Shown here: one piece after another, positions 18,392 to 27,967 of the stretch
How the letters are laid out: every line of letters begins with the position of its first letter
Numbering within the stretch: the stretch's first letter is position 1
Virus record (IMG/VR): IMGVR_UViG_3300045051_000987
Coordinates: 49,553 to 113,552 of that record
From: a virus
DNA: 64,000 nucleotides
Strand: one strand, 5' to 3'
The notes under the pieces: model-generated
Seen by the model: only the letters and a program-made list of their open reading frames with translations
The model's database searches: none
Told to the model about the DNA's origin: nothing
Position numbers and translations under genes: made by a program

Positions 18392-19273
18392 TCACGCCGC
18401 TTCGGCTTCCTCCGCTTCCTCCTCGGTCGCGAGAAGGAGATCGACAGCCTTCTCAGCCTCACGCGCGACCGTGAAGATCGCGTGCTTGTCGGCCTTGAGC
18501 ACCTTGATCCACGAGGCGAGGTATTCCGCGTGCTGGATGCGCCCGACCACACCGAGGCGTGCGCACGCGAACGCCGCACCGAGCTCGGCGACGAGCTCCT
18601 CCGTCGCATAGGCGTCGTCGCCGAAGCGCTTCCCGAACGCGCGCGCGTTGCGGCTCTCGTGACCCGTCCAGTGCACGAGCTCGTGCAGAAGCGTCGACTC
18701 GTACTCCTCGCGCGTCGCGAACGCGTCGGCGACCGGCATCCCGATCGTGTCGCTCGATGGCGAGAAGAACGCACGGTCACCACCACGCACGACCTTGGCA
18801 CCGACGCGCGCCGCCACACGATCAGCCTCGCCGTCGACGTGCGTGGGCGCGGGGGTGCGCGCGTCGAGCTCAAGCCCGTCGCACTGCTCGACGTTGAAGA
18901 GCGAGAACGTGCGCGCCATCGGGATCCGCTTCTCGTTCGGCGTGCCCTCGTCCTTCACGAGCCACTTCCAGAACACGATCGACGTCGCCTTCTCGCCCTT
19001 GCGGACCGAGCCGCCGAGATCGCGGGCTTGGTTGAACGTGACCCAGCGCGTGTCAGCGTAGCCCTTCGTCAGCGCAGAGGCCCACAGCATCACGACGTTG
19101 ACACCGCGGTAGGTGCGACCCGTCGACGCGTTCGACGGTAGCTCGAGGCCCGTCGTCGGCCCGACGCCATCGCGCCACGGCTTCACCCAGGGAGCAGTGC
19201 CGGCCTCGAGCGCCTCCACGATCTTCGCCGTCACCTCAGCCGCCACGTCCCGCTTCGTCGTCTCGTTCTTCAT
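18392..19273 (-). CDS. ardC: ArdC-family antirestriction / ssDNA-binding protein
   Basis: EVTAKIVEALEAGTAPWVKPW...YRGVN...W.TFNQA...VRKGEK...FNVEQ, then zincin HELVHWTGH and YATEELVAELGAAF. Confidence 0.95.
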   Translation of the reverse strand: MKNETTKRDVAAEVTAKIVEALEAGTAPWVKPWRDGVGPTTGLELPSNASTGRTYRGVNVVMLWASALTKGYADTRWVTFNQARDLGGSVRKGEKATSIVFWKWLVKDEGTPNEKRIPMARTFSLFNVEQCDGLELDARTPAPTHVDGEADRVAARVGAKVVRGGDRAFFSPSSDTIGMPVADAFATREEYESTLLHELVHWTGHESRNARAFGKRFGDDAYATEELVAELGAAFACARLGVVGRIQHAEYLASWIKVLKADKHAIFTVAREAEKAVDLLLATEEEAEEAEAA

Positions 19274-19280
19274 CGCTCAG

Positions 19281-19342
19281 CTCCTTGGGGTGAACCCCGT
19301 TCGATTGATTTAGGTATACAGCCGAACGCCTGAACGTGCCAG
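19281..19342 (-). promoter_or_regulatory. Class I promoter + hairpin + SD upstream of ardC
   Basis: CTGGCA-N18-TATACCTAAATCAATC, GGGGTTCACCCC, AAGGAG. Confidence 0.8.
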
Positions 19343-19380
19343 GAGAAAAGACGAGCCCCGTCGATTCCTCGCGCGACTCG

Positions 19381-19977
19381 TCACTTCCCCATCGCAGCGA
19401 GATCCGCCTCAGCCTTCGCAAGCATCGCGCGGAGCTCGACGACACGGCGCTCCGCGAGCGGACGTTGACGCGCACGCGCCGCGCGCAGGTCGTCGTCGGC
19501 CTGAAAGGCCTTCGCCACCCACAAGCCCGCGGCCCACCCCTGCGCCTCCGCGACGGCACTCTCGAAGGCCACGCCGGTGCGCGCGGGCTTCGAGGTCTGG
19601 TAGGTCGCCGGACGGCCGAGGATGTAGCGCACGAGCGCCACGCCACCGAAGCGGAACACCACCGTCGTCGAGCGGTAGTCGGGGAACGCCGCGAGGCACT
19701 CCGCCGCGAGCTCGAGGCCGGCCTCGTTCATCGGGAGCACCACGAAGCGCGTCGACGTCGTCCCGCGGCACTCGGTGAACGAGCCGCGGAGCGCACGCAC
19801 GCGGGCGCCGAAGCGGACCGGGAACGCGCGATCGTCGTCGCCGAACGAGACCGAGCTGAGCTGTAGCTCGACCACCGCCGTCGACGGTTGGAAGCGGATC
19901 GACTCGGACACCGCGCGCTCCGCGGCCGCGAGCCCACCGTCGGTGTTCAGCGAAGACATGGTCTCGAAGCTCAGCAT
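19381..19977 (-). CDS. Hypothetical protein (cassette array)
   Basis: Hairpin and AAGGAG upstream of ATG 19977. Confidence 0.65.
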   Translation of the reverse strand: MLSFETMSSLNTDGGLAAAERAVSESIRFQPSTAVVELQLSSVSFGDDDRAFPVRFGARVRALRGSFTECRGTTSTRFVVLPMNEAGLELAAECLAAFPDYRSTTVVFRFGGVALVRYILGRPATYQTSKPARTGVAFESAVAEAQGWAAGLWVAKAFQADDDLRAARARQRPLAERRVVELRAMLAKAEADLAAMGK

Positions 19978-20017
19978 GGCGGGATCTCCTTGGGGCAAGC
20001 CCCGGGAACGGGTCGGA

Positions 20018-20332
20018 TCAGAGCGAGAGGTAGAGGCCGGTCGCCTGCTCGAGCGTCGCGCGGAGGCTGTCCGCGTAGACCATCTCGGAGCGCGAGAGCT
20101 CGGTGATCTCGTAGGTGCGGCGCGCGATCTTGAAGCAGACGACCGTGTATGTGTCGTCGTCGGCGAGCTCGATGCGGACCTTCGTGACGCCCTTCGCGTT
20201 CTTCATCACGCCGAACTGGAGACCACCGTTGCCGTCGAGAGCGACGAGATCCTTCGCGCCGATCATGTACATCGCCGAGCCACCGCCGAGCTGCGCCTTG
20301 ATCGTCTCGGCCACCATCATGTTCGTCGTCAT
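20018..20332 (-). CDS. Conserved-looking phage hypothetical protein (cassette array)
   Basis: VAETIKAQLGG...MIGAK...DDTYTV...VYADSLRATLEQATGLYLSL; promoter, hairpin and SD upstream. Confidence 0.75.
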   Translation of the reverse strand: MTTNMMVAETIKAQLGGGSAMYMIGAKDLVALDGNGGLQFGVMKNAKGVTKVRIELADDDTYTVVCFKIARRTYEITELSRSEMVYADSLRATLEQATGLYLSL

Positions 20333-20341
20333 TGTCTTCTG

Positions 20342-20420
20342 CTCCTTGGGGCAAGCCCCGCGTTCCGCCGTCACCGTCTCGATTGATTTAGGTATACACC
20401 CACCCTCCCGAACGCGCCAG
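20342..20420 (-). promoter_or_regulatory. Class I promoter + hairpin + SD
   Basis: Conserved cassette. Confidence 0.8.
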
Positions 20421-20465
20421 AAAAAAGATTCGGGGCCCTGACGATTTCTCGCGAGGGCCCCTCGA

Positions 20466-20759
20466 TCACGGCTTCTTCGAGATCTCATGCCCGAGCGCCT
20501 CCCACATGCCCTCCGGCTGATGCCCCTTGTACGCAGGCGCACCCGCCCGATACGCGGCCTCATTCCGGAATACCGCGCGCGCGTCCTCGATCGGAACCTC
20601 GGGGTGCTGCTCGACGTGCGCCGCTGCTCCGACGTCTGCCGCTTCGGGCGTCAGCTCGCGCGGGTACGTCATCGCATCGGCCCACGCTCCCGCGGCGCGC
20701 GCGAGCTCGGGATCGAGCCGTCGAAAGACGGCGTTGTCTCGACGCTTCCGGGCCCTCAC
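20466..20759 (-). CDS. Hypothetical protein
   Basis: 97 aa; coupled overlap. Confidence 0.55.
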   Translation of the reverse strand: MRARKRRDNAVFRRLDPELARAAGAWADAMTYPRELTPEAADVGAAAHVEQHPEVPIEDARAVFRNEAAYRAGAPAYKGHQPEGMWEALGHEISKKP

Positions 20760-21043
20760 GCGCCCGCCTTGTCGAGGATGCCGGCGATCGACTTCGCGAG
20801 CGCTTCGAGATGACGGCCTTCGAGCTCGCCGTTCTCGATCGCCTTCTCGACGCCCGTGCGAATCGCACCGCCAAGCTCCACGAGCGATTCTTCGTAGCCT
20901 TCGCGGGCCTGCTCGCGCTCGAAGCCTCGATTCTCACCGATGCACTTCTTCGCATCGAGCGTGCGCTCGAGAGCATCGAAGATCACGACGCTCGGGGCCT
21001 TCCACGAGGTCGCGCGGTTGTTCTTCTTCTTGGGCGAGCTCAA
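20756..21043 (-). CDS. Hypothetical protein
   Basis: 95 aa; coupled overlap. Confidence 0.6.
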   Translation of the reverse strand: MSSPKKKNNRATSWKAPSVVIFDALERTLDAKKCIGENRGFEREQAREGYEESLVELGGAIRTGVEKAIENGELEGRHLEALAKSIAGILDKAGA

Positions 21044-21300
21044 GCGAGCACCTCACGCAACGGACGCCACGCCTTGTCCGTCAGACGTCGAGCGAGCCCG
21101 CCCCCGGTCTTCGTCGGCGCCATCTCGAGCACGACGATCCGCCCGGTGTCCTTCGGCGTGGTGCGCGCGAGCGGGGAGCGGTGCACGGGGCAGACGGCGC
21201 GCGAGAGCGGGAGCGAGCCCTTCCACGCGTAGACCGTGCACGGGTGCCCGCAGTCGTTGCACTTGCCGAGGCGATGTCCGAGGAGGCCGAAGCGGCTCAC
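21040..21300 (-). CDS. Small Zn-binding hypothetical protein
   Basis: CNDCG...CPVH; GTGA overlap. Confidence 0.55.
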   Translation of the reverse strand: MSRFGLLGHRLGKCNDCGHPCTVYAWKGSLPLSRAVCPVHRSPLARTTPKDTGRIVVLEMAPTKTGGGLARRLTDKAWRPLREVLA

Positions 21301-21779
21301 GACTCGCCTCGCTTCTTCACCGCGTCGATCACGGTGTCGACGAGCTCGGCGCCGCGCATCGTGATCGGGACAGGGCCCGCGATGCACTCGACTCGCACGA
21401 TCTCGGGGAAGACGTCGCCCGGCTCCGCGTTGCGAAGCCATCGGCACACGCTCACGTCGTCGACGTTGCTCGCGAGCATCGCGTGGAGCGAGTAGAGCTC
21501 GGGCTCGTCGTCGCAGCGGAAGTGCACGGCGCGCAGCACGAGCCCGCGCTTGGATCCCGGTGCATCCCACGCGACCTCGAGCGCGAGCGGTGCGAGAGCC
21601 GCTTCGATCTCCTCGGGCGCCTCCTTCGCGCGCACCGCGATCGCGCCCGTGAGCATCGTCGAGACGAAGGCGAGGAAGCAGGACCCGCCCTCAAGCGCTC
21701 GGTGCACGGCCGAGGCTTCCTCCGCGGTGAAGATCTTCCGCCTCGGGCGCGGGCCCGTCGTTGTCGTCGCTGCGTTCAT
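21297..21779 (-). CDS. Hypothetical protein (first gene after a cassette promoter)
   Basis: Promoter, hairpin and AAGGAGG upstream. Confidence 0.7.
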   Translation of the reverse strand: MNAATTTTGPRPRRKIFTAEEASAVHRALEGGSCFLAFVSTMLTGAIAVRAKEAPEEIEAALAPLALEVAWDAPGSKRGLVLRAVHFRCDDEPELYSLHAMLASNVDDVSVCRWLRNAEPGDVFPEIVRVECIAGPVPITMRGAELVDTVIDAVKKRGES

Positions 21780-21785
21780 CCTGTT

Positions 21786-21844
21786 CCTCCTTGGGGCGAG
21801 CCCCGATTGATTTAGGTATACACGCGACGTCCCAAGGGCGCCAG
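21786..21844 (-). promoter_or_regulatory. Class I promoter + hairpin + SD
   Basis: Conserved cassette. Confidence 0.8.
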
Positions 21845-21852
21845 ATCTTTTT

Positions 21853-22359
21853 TCAGGCCGAGATCGATGGGCGGAGCGCTTCCGACACCACGAGCGCGAT
21901 CCGGCGCCCGTTCGTGACCGTGCCGGCGACGAGCGTCCAGTCACCGGCGAGGCCCGCGCGGTAGAGCCGCTCGGCTTCGAGGATCGGCCGCACCGCGGGA
22001 AGGTGCGCGAGCATGTCTTCGATCGCGTCGATCGCAGGGAGCTCGAGGCGACGCACGACCTCGTGCGCGCGCCGTCGCGTCTCCGGATCGCAGACATCGA
22101 TCGTGACGAGCACGACGAACGCGTTGATCACGTCGCCCGCGCGGTGCATCACGCGCTCACCGCGGCGCGGTCGCCGGCCGTACGTGAGCGATCGCGCGAT
22201 CGGCGCGAGGAGCGTGAGCGGAGAGACGCGCTTGAGCGACACGCCGAGCGCGAGCGGCACCATCGATCGCGACAGCTCGCAGAGCTCGAAGGGGCGCGCG
22301 ACGTCGCCGATCGCGTCGAGGCGAAGCGTGTCGGTGCTCTGTGCAGGCCACGTGCTCAC
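21853..22359 (-). CDS. Hypothetical protein
   Basis: GTGA overlap with the upstream gene. Confidence 0.55.
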   Translation of the reverse strand: MSTWPAQSTDTLRLDAIGDVARPFELCELSRSMVPLALGVSLKRVSPLTLLAPIARSLTYGRRPRRGERVMHRAGDVINAFVVLVTIDVCDPETRRRAHEVVRRLELPAIDAIEDMLAHLPAVRPILEAERLYRAGLAGDWTLVAGTVTNGRRIALVVSEALRPSISA

Positions 22360-22922
22360 GGCTCGACCTTCCCATGGAGCGCGTCGACGGCGAATCCGAT
22401 GCGGCTCTCGAGGCGCTTCACGCGCTCGGTCCATCGACGATCCTCAGCCACCGAGTCGGCGAGGAGCATCCGCACCACCGCGCGCAGCGTCATCGACGTC
22501 TGGCCCATCCCGGCGATGTTCTCGATCGGCACCTTGTACGCGACGTGTTCGACGAAGCTGATCGTCGGCTCGCTCGCGCCTGCGCGCTTCATGACGCGGA
22601 TGAAGGCCTCGCGATCGGTCTTCGTCACGTCGGGCGTCGGGCCGATGTTCTTCGCGAGCGCTTCGAGACCCTCACCGCGAGCTCGACGCTCGACGTACGG
22701 GCCGAAGACGCGATCGCGCGTGTGGCACTCACACGAGCACGGCGTCACCGCGCAGAAGGCCGAGAAGCTCCCTCGACACGCATCGCACGGGATCGGGCAC
22801 GCGGTGCACGGCACTTCGCGGTCTCGGGCTCCATCTCCCATCGGCCCGTGCAGCGTCATCCGGTGCGTGTCGTTGCACGTCGAGCAGAGAGGCTCGGGCT
22901 TCTTCGGCTGCTCGGGGTTCAT
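22356..22922 (-). CDS. Cys-rich hypothetical protein
   Basis: CSTCND...CTACPIPCDAC...CAVTPCSCECH; ATG 6 nt after CATGAT. Confidence 0.7.
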   Translation of the reverse strand: MNPEQPKKPEPLCSTCNDTHRMTLHGPMGDGARDREVPCTACPIPCDACRGSFSAFCAVTPCSCECHTRDRVFGPYVERRARGEGLEALAKNIGPTPDVTKTDREAFIRVMKRAGASEPTISFVEHVAYKVPIENIAGMGQTSMTLRAVVRMLLADSVAEDRRWTERVKRLESRIGFAVDALHGKVEP

Positions 22923-22949
22923 GTATGCATCATGCCGCGATGCGCGCGC

Positions 22950-23627
22950 TCAGCCGGGCCGTGTGAGCCCGTGGCGCTCGAGGAGACGCATCGGGAGCTT
23001 CTTCCCCACGTCGTCGCAGCGAGAGCCGTAGAGGCCAATCAGCGCGGCCTCGGCACCGTCCGCCGTCGAGAGCTGCACGTGAGGCGCGAGCTCGGACACG
23101 CGGCGCGTGGCGTGCCGCTTCCAGTCGTCGGGCTCGTTGCGTCGGTTCTCGCCGGTGTCGACGTCGTACGTGACGACGGGGACATCCATCCACGACCGCC
23201 ACCGCTGCGTGAGCGCGTACGAGCAGAGACGCGACGCGGGGCAGAGCACACCCTCACCATCACCACCGCGCGCGCCCATGAGGTGAGCGGCACGCATCCA
23301 GTGCCCGCGCGCGGCGCCGAGGCCGAGCCACGAGTCGATCCCGAGCGGCCCGCCGGCTCCCCACTCCTCGAGCACGAGATGAAGCTCGAGCCCGCGGCCG
23401 CGACAGACCGAGACGGCCTCACGAAGCACGTGCTCGAGCTCGCGCGTCATCGGATCGACGTCGCGCACGAACGCGAGCCACGGCTTCTCGAAGGCTTCGT
23501 CGGGGACTACGAGCGCGGCGCCCGAGACCTTCGAGCCCGGATCGATGCCGAGGATCCCGATCGGCCACGGCCGGCGCGCCCACCACGCTGCGCGCTCGGC
23601 CTGGGCCTTCTTCGTTCGAGTCGCCAC
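22950..23627 (-). CDS. RuvC-like Holliday junction resolvase
   Basis: ILGIDPG...LVLEE...GAARGHW...DGAEAALIG. Confidence 0.85.
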   Translation of the reverse strand: MATRTKKAQAERAAWWARRPWPIGILGIDPGSKVSGAALVVPDEAFEKPWLAFVRDVDPMTRELEHVLREAVSVCRGRGLELHLVLEEWGAGGPLGIDSWLGLGAARGHWMRAAHLMGARGGDGEGVLCPASRLCSYALTQRWRSWMDVPVVTYDVDTGENRRNEPDDWKRHATRRVSELAPHVQLSTADGAEAALIGLYGSRCDDVGKKLPMRLLERHGLTRPG

Positions 23628-23648
23628 GTGTTCACCCGGGTGAACACG
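23627..23648. promoter_or_regulatory. Dispersed palindrome copy 4
   Basis: 22 bp, abutting the RuvC start codon. Confidence 0.85.
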
Positions 23649-24030
23649 CGTCCGCCGGAGGCACATCCTCCGACGGGATCACGGCGACGGGATCAGTGTC
23701 GACCGGCATCTTCGCGAGCTGCAAGACGATCGCGGCGTTCGGATCTCCCTCGCCGACGACGCGCAGCGTGAGCACGGGCGCCGCGCTGATCACCGTGAAG
23801 GGAACGACGACGGCGCCGTTCACGCGCTCGAGATCGGGCCGGTCACGCTGCTCGAGGACGACGATGCGCGCGGTGAGCGCAGCGATCACGCGCATGAGCG
23901 TCTCGCGGTGTCGCTCGCCCGTGAGCGCTGCGTGTGCGGCTTCGGCTCCGACCTTGCGGAGCTTCTCGATGCGCGCTTGCTCGTTGCGGAGCTTCTTCGC
24001 TGCTCGGTTCTTGTGGTGATGCCCCATCAC
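23632..24030 (-). CDS. Hypothetical protein
   Basis: 132 aa; its stop codon lies inside a palindrome copy. Confidence 0.65.
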   Translation of the reverse strand: MMGHHHKNRAAKKLRNEQARIEKLRKVGAEAAHAALTGERHRETLMRVIAALTARIVVLEQRDRPDLERVNGAVVVPFTVISAAPVLTLRVVGEGDPNAAIVLQLAKMPVDTDPVAVIPSEDVPPADACSPG

Positions 24031-24968
24031 TTCGCTCGCTTGCTGCGCGCGGGCTTCTTGCCCTTCTTCAAGCGAACGGCCGCGCGCGCGACCTGCTTCG
24101 CCACCTCGAGATCAGCCTCGAGCCTCTCGACGCGCGAATCCGCAGCGCGGAGGTTGTGCTTCGTGATGTCGAGCTCGCCGCGCACGTGCTTGAGGTCCGC
24201 GAAGGCGCCGTTGCGCTCGACCTCGAAGCGCGAGAGCTCGGCGTTCTTCTCCCGCAGCGCCACGACGTCGTGCATCGCTCGGCGCACGCGCGACGGGTGA
24301 TCGCTCTCGATCTCCATCGCGACGAGCTCCATCGCCTTGCGGTAGTGGTTCCGACGCGAGCCGCCCGGCGACGATGCTCGGCCGAGCACGAAGTGCTCGA
24401 GCGCGCGACCGAGGTTGTACGAGAGGCGGAGCTCTTCGGCGATGTTCGCCATCGAGTAGGGATCGACAGCTACCTCGACGTCACCGATGCCCGGTCGACC
24501 GCGCGGCGAGACCGCCTCGTCTGCGTCGAAGAACGGCGAACGCAGAAGACGATCGGGTGCACGAGGCGACTCCGGCGCCACGGCATCGACGATCTCATCG
24601 GCCTTCTTCGCAGCGGCTTCGAGCGTCGCGCCGTACGCCCCGGCGAGCCGATCGACTACGCGCGAGACGCCCTCCGCATCGCCCTCGACAGAGAGCACGC
24701 GAGCAGTCGCGCGGCTCGCCGGCTTCTTCGGATCGAAGCCGAGCCAGGTGCGGATGTGCACGCGTCCGTTCTGATCAGCGAAGTGCACGATCTTGTCGCG
24801 CACGAAGATGAAAGCGTGCTTGTGGATCGCCGCAGTCGTCTCTACGCCGAGCGCATCACGGATCGACCGCATGATCCGTCCTTCGAGCAACGAGTTGCTC
24901 TCGACGACCTGCGCGCGCCCCACACCCGTCTTCGTCTTGAGGACGATGTCACCCTTCTCGAACTTCAT
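24027..24968 (-). CDS. Hypothetical protein with a degenerate DUF3310-like segment and coiled coil
   Basis: IAEELRLSYNLGRALEHFVLGRA...YRKAMELV; start MKFEKGD after SD GGAGG. Confidence 0.6.
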   Translation of the reverse strand: MKFEKGDIVLKTKTGVGRAQVVESNSLLEGRIMRSIRDALGVETTAAIHKHAFIFVRDKIVHFADQNGRVHIRTWLGFDPKKPASRATARVLSVEGDAEGVSRVVDRLAGAYGATLEAAAKKADEIVDAVAPESPRAPDRLLRSPFFDADEAVSPRGRPGIGDVEVAVDPYSMANIAEELRLSYNLGRALEHFVLGRASSPGGSRRNHYRKAMELVAMEIESDHPSRVRRAMHDVVALREKNAELSRFEVERNGAFADLKHVRGELDITKHNLRAADSRVERLEADLEVAKQVARAAVRLKKGKKPARSKRAK

Positions 24969-24987
24969 CTCAGCCTCCCTTACGCGA

Positions 24988-25251
24988 TCAGGTCGCGTCG
25001 TCCTCAGACTCGTTGAAAAAATCGATCGCGTGCCGAACCACACTCTTGAACTCGTCCTGAACGATCCCGATGAGCTCATCGGGATCGTTCACCTCGCCGA
25101 CCAGCACGTCATCTGCGAAGCGCACCTCGCCCGTCACGATCGGATCACCGCCGGTGTCGAACACCGCCTCGTACGTGAACACCGACCGGCTCACTCGCGT
25201 GATCGAGAGATCGATCCCGATCTTTCGCACAATCTTCTCGCCATCCTTCAT
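24988..25251 (-). CDS. Small acidic hypothetical protein
   Basis: 87 aa directly after the Rad50 gene. Confidence 0.6.
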   Translation of the reverse strand: MKDGEKIVRKIGIDLSITRVSRSVFTYEAVFDTGGDPIVTGEVRFADDVLVGEVNDPDELIGIVQDEFKSVVRHAIDFFNESEDDAT

Positions 25252-25252
25252 C

Positions 25253-27235
25253 TCAGGCCTCCAAGTCCAGGCGGGAGGTGTTGCCCTCCCGAGTCACCAC
25301 CACGCGCGCAGGAAGGCCCGCGAGGAGCTGTGCGTCGTGCGAGACGACGAAGGCCTGCTCGAGGCCCACCGAACCGAGGAGGCCCGCGAACATGCGCGCG
25401 AGCGCGTCTCGGTTCTCGAGGTCGAGCTCACCGAAGGGTTCATCGATGAAGGCCACCTCGAGCGGTGAGCCGCGCCGCTCTCGGAGCATCATGCCGCCCG
25501 CGAGTCTGATCGCAGACGCGACGAGCACCTTCGCGCCGCCGCTCTTCGTGCGCACGTCCTCGATCTCTCCGCTCCCGTCGTCGACGAGCACATCGAGCTC
25601 GTCGCTCTTCTTCCTCGATCGCGGCACCCCGCACGAGGGGCACTCGCGCGCGCGCGTCCGCTTCTCGTAGACGTGCCCGCACTCCGCACACGCGGGAGCC
25701 GGATCGCCGAGCTCGCGCTCCCATGCGAGCGAGAACGAGAGGCCGAGGCCTTCGAGGATCGCGTTCGCGCGGTGCTCGAGGCCGGCGAGCGAGATCGCAG
25801 CGATGCGCGCGGGGATGCCCGACCCACCGAGCGCGCGCGCGACGAGCTGCGCGATGCGCGCCGAGTCTTCGGCCGACGCGATCCCGACGTCGCGCTCTCG
25901 CACGCGACGCGCGTAGGCCTCGCCCTGACGCTCCTCCTCGTCGAGCCGACCGAGCGCCGCGCGGATCTCACCGATGCGTCCCTCGGCCTTCGTGCGCTCT
26001 GCGCGGGCCGTCGCCGCGTTCTCTGAGGCCACGCGATGCGCCTCGGGGTCGAAGCTCCTCTCGAGCTCCTCAAGCGAGGTGCGGGCCGCGCGCACGCGCT
26101 TCGTCGCCTCGTTCATCTGCCCGACGAGCCGGATCCGCTTCTCGGACGCGCCGCGCGCGCTGGTGATCTCCGCGCTCAGCTCGCCGACCTTCGTGCGTGC
26201 GCGCCCGAGCTCGATGTTCGCGAGCCGCGATCGCTCGACGAACGCGCCGCGCTTCTCGGAGACCGAGTCGGCGACCGGGCACGCCTCGCACGTCACCGGG
26301 CACTGACCATCGAAGCGTCCCGCGAGGAGCTGTCGCACGGCCTGCACTTCCTTCTCCGCGGCGTCAACGGCCGCGCGCTCCGCGATCCGCTCCTCGTCGA
26401 GAGCTGCGAAGCGCTCGGGGTCGACGACCTCGGGAAGCGCTGCGAGCTCCGCGCGCACCGAGGAGAGCGACGCCGACGCGGCCTGAACGTTCGCGCGCTG
26501 CGCGTTCAGGTTCGCGAGCACCGCCACCGCGGCCGCGTTGAACTCGATCGCTTCGGCCATCTCGTCGCGCGTCCCCTCGACCTGCACGAGCTCGGCGCTG
26601 AGCGCACCCCGTTCGTCGCGGAGGATCATCGGGTCGCGGGGCTGCTGTCCGATCGTCGCCGCTCGCGCAACGTCGAGCGAGGTGCGCGCGTCGCGGGCTT
26701 GAAGCATCGCGCGCTTGCCCATGCGCTCCCATCGATCGAGCTCGAGCCACCGAGCGAAGACCGCGCGCCGCTCGCCGCTCGTCTGCCCGCAGAGCGCGTG
26801 CACGTCGCCCTGGCCGAACCAGGACGTGTTGTCGAAGTCCGAGACGGTGAGGCGGAAGACGCGCGCGAGGTGCTCTTCCGCGGCCTCGCGCTCGAGGAGC
26901 AGGCCGGGCGCGTTCTTCGGATCGGTCACGCGGAGCACGGTCGGTCCACCACGCGGGTGCACGCGCGAGATCGTGAGGCCAGTGCTCATCTCGACCTCGA
27001 CCTCGAAGCCCGTCTCACCGTGCGTGATGAGCGCGTCGAGCGTGCGCTTGCGGTGCGCGCCGGTGAGCGCGAAGCGGATCGCCTCGAGCCACCCGCTTTT
27101 CCCCGACCAGTTGGAGCGACGCGGGTTCTCGGTGTAGCGGCCGACGACTGCGATCGGACCGGGGGGCAGAGGTCCCACGCGTTGCTCGCCGCGGAAGGCC
27201 ATCCAGTTGAGCGTGCGGACGTTCTTCGGGTACAT
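25253..27235 (-). CDS. Rad50/SbcC-like SMC ATPase (T4 gp46-like)
   Basis: Walker A NWSGKS, Q-loop FGQG, coiled coil with CPVTCEAC hook, signature KSGG, Walker B FIDE, VSH. Confidence 0.92.
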   Translation of the reverse strand: MYPKNVRTLNWMAFRGEQRVGPLPPGPIAVVGRYTENPRRSNWSGKSGWLEAIRFALTGAHRKRTLDALITHGETGFEVEVEMSTGLTISRVHPRGGPTVLRVTDPKNAPGLLLEREAAEEHLARVFRLTVSDFDNTSWFGQGDVHALCGQTSGERRAVFARWLELDRWERMGKRAMLQARDARTSLDVARAATIGQQPRDPMILRDERGALSAELVQVEGTRDEMAEAIEFNAAAVAVLANLNAQRANVQAASASLSSVRAELAALPEVVDPERFAALDEERIAERAAVDAAEKEVQAVRQLLAGRFDGQCPVTCEACPVADSVSEKRGAFVERSRLANIELGRARTKVGELSAEITSARGASEKRIRLVGQMNEATKRVRAARTSLEELERSFDPEAHRVASENAATARAERTKAEGRIGEIRAALGRLDEEERQGEAYARRVRERDVGIASAEDSARIAQLVARALGGSGIPARIAAISLAGLEHRANAILEGLGLSFSLAWERELGDPAPACAECGHVYEKRTRARECPSCGVPRSRKKSDELDVLVDDGSGEIEDVRTKSGGAKVLVASAIRLAGGMMLRERRGSPLEVAFIDEPFGELDLENRDALARMFAGLLGSVGLEQAFVVSHDAQLLAGLPARVVVTREGNTSRLDLEA

Positions 27236-27238
27236 CGA

Positions 27239-27967
27239 TCAGCCTCCCTCGCTCGCGAGGATCTCGAGCGCCTTCGCCTTCGCCGCTTCGCGATCCTCTG
27301 CGGGGATCGGGAGCCCATCGAACCACGCGGTGATCGCGTCCTCGGGTCGCGGCGCCGTCGCGACTTCCTTCTTCGTCTCGGTGTCGGGCGCCTCGTGCAG
27401 CGCGCGCGTCACGACGACGACCTCGCGCGCACCGTGCGCACGGATCGCGCGCTTGATCTCGTGCGTGTTGAAGCCGTCGCGCTCGCTCGGTCGGAGCTCG
27501 GCCGTCACCTTCACGAGCGCGCCCTCGAGATCCTGATCTCGCGGGTTCATGAGCGAGATGGTCTCGAGGTCCATGTCGTAGAGCGGCGTCGCAGCGAGCT
27601 CGTGGAAGATCACGCGCGCGCCCGTCGACGTGACCTTCGCGACCGGCACGAACTTCCTCGATGCGCGCGGCTCGCGCGGCGTCACCACGATCGCCTCTGC
27701 GGCCTGCGTCGCCTCCTCGAGCACCGCGGCCTTCTTTGACTTCGACTTCTGCGACTCGTGTCCCTGCTCGCAGCGCAACACCTCGACGGTGACGCCGGGC
27801 TCGTCGAGATCCTCCATGCGTCGAAGCCGACCGCCGCACGCCTTGCACTTCGATCGCGTGAGCGGGTAGCTGTCCCACGCGCGCGCCGGTGCTCGCACGG
27901 CCTCCTCGGGAAGCGCTCCCGCGTCCATCGCCTGCTCGATCTTCGTCCTCGGCTTCGCCACGGTCAC
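27239..27967 (-). CDS. Zn-ribbon fused to a probable Mre11/SbcD C-terminal (cap) domain
   Basis: CKAC...CEQGH then VIFHELAATPLY...GALVKVT...; lies between the nuclease and Rad50 genes. Confidence 0.6.
   Translation of the reverse strand: MTVAKPRTKIEQAMDAGALPEEAVRAPARAWDSYPLTRSKCKACGGRLRRMEDLDEPGVTVEVLRCEQGHESQKSKSKKAAVLEEATQAAEAIVVTPREPRASRKFVPVAKVTSTGARVIFHELAATPLYDMDLETISLMNPRDQDLEGALVKVTAELRPSERDGFNTHEIKRAIRAHGAREVVVVTRALHEAPDTETKKEVATAPRPEDAITAWFDGLPIPAEDREAAKAKALEILASEGG

Noticed and set aside
19325-19342. TGGCACG resembling a sigma-54 -24 box
   Set aside because: No TTGC at -12 in any of the five copies; the fixed 18-nt spacing to TATACC fits a sigma-70-type promoter.
25487-25497. Class II motif inside the Rad50 gene
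   Set aside because: No start codon at the expected distance. It could be an internal promoter or a chance GGMML codon run, so it was counted in the motif tally but not called separately.
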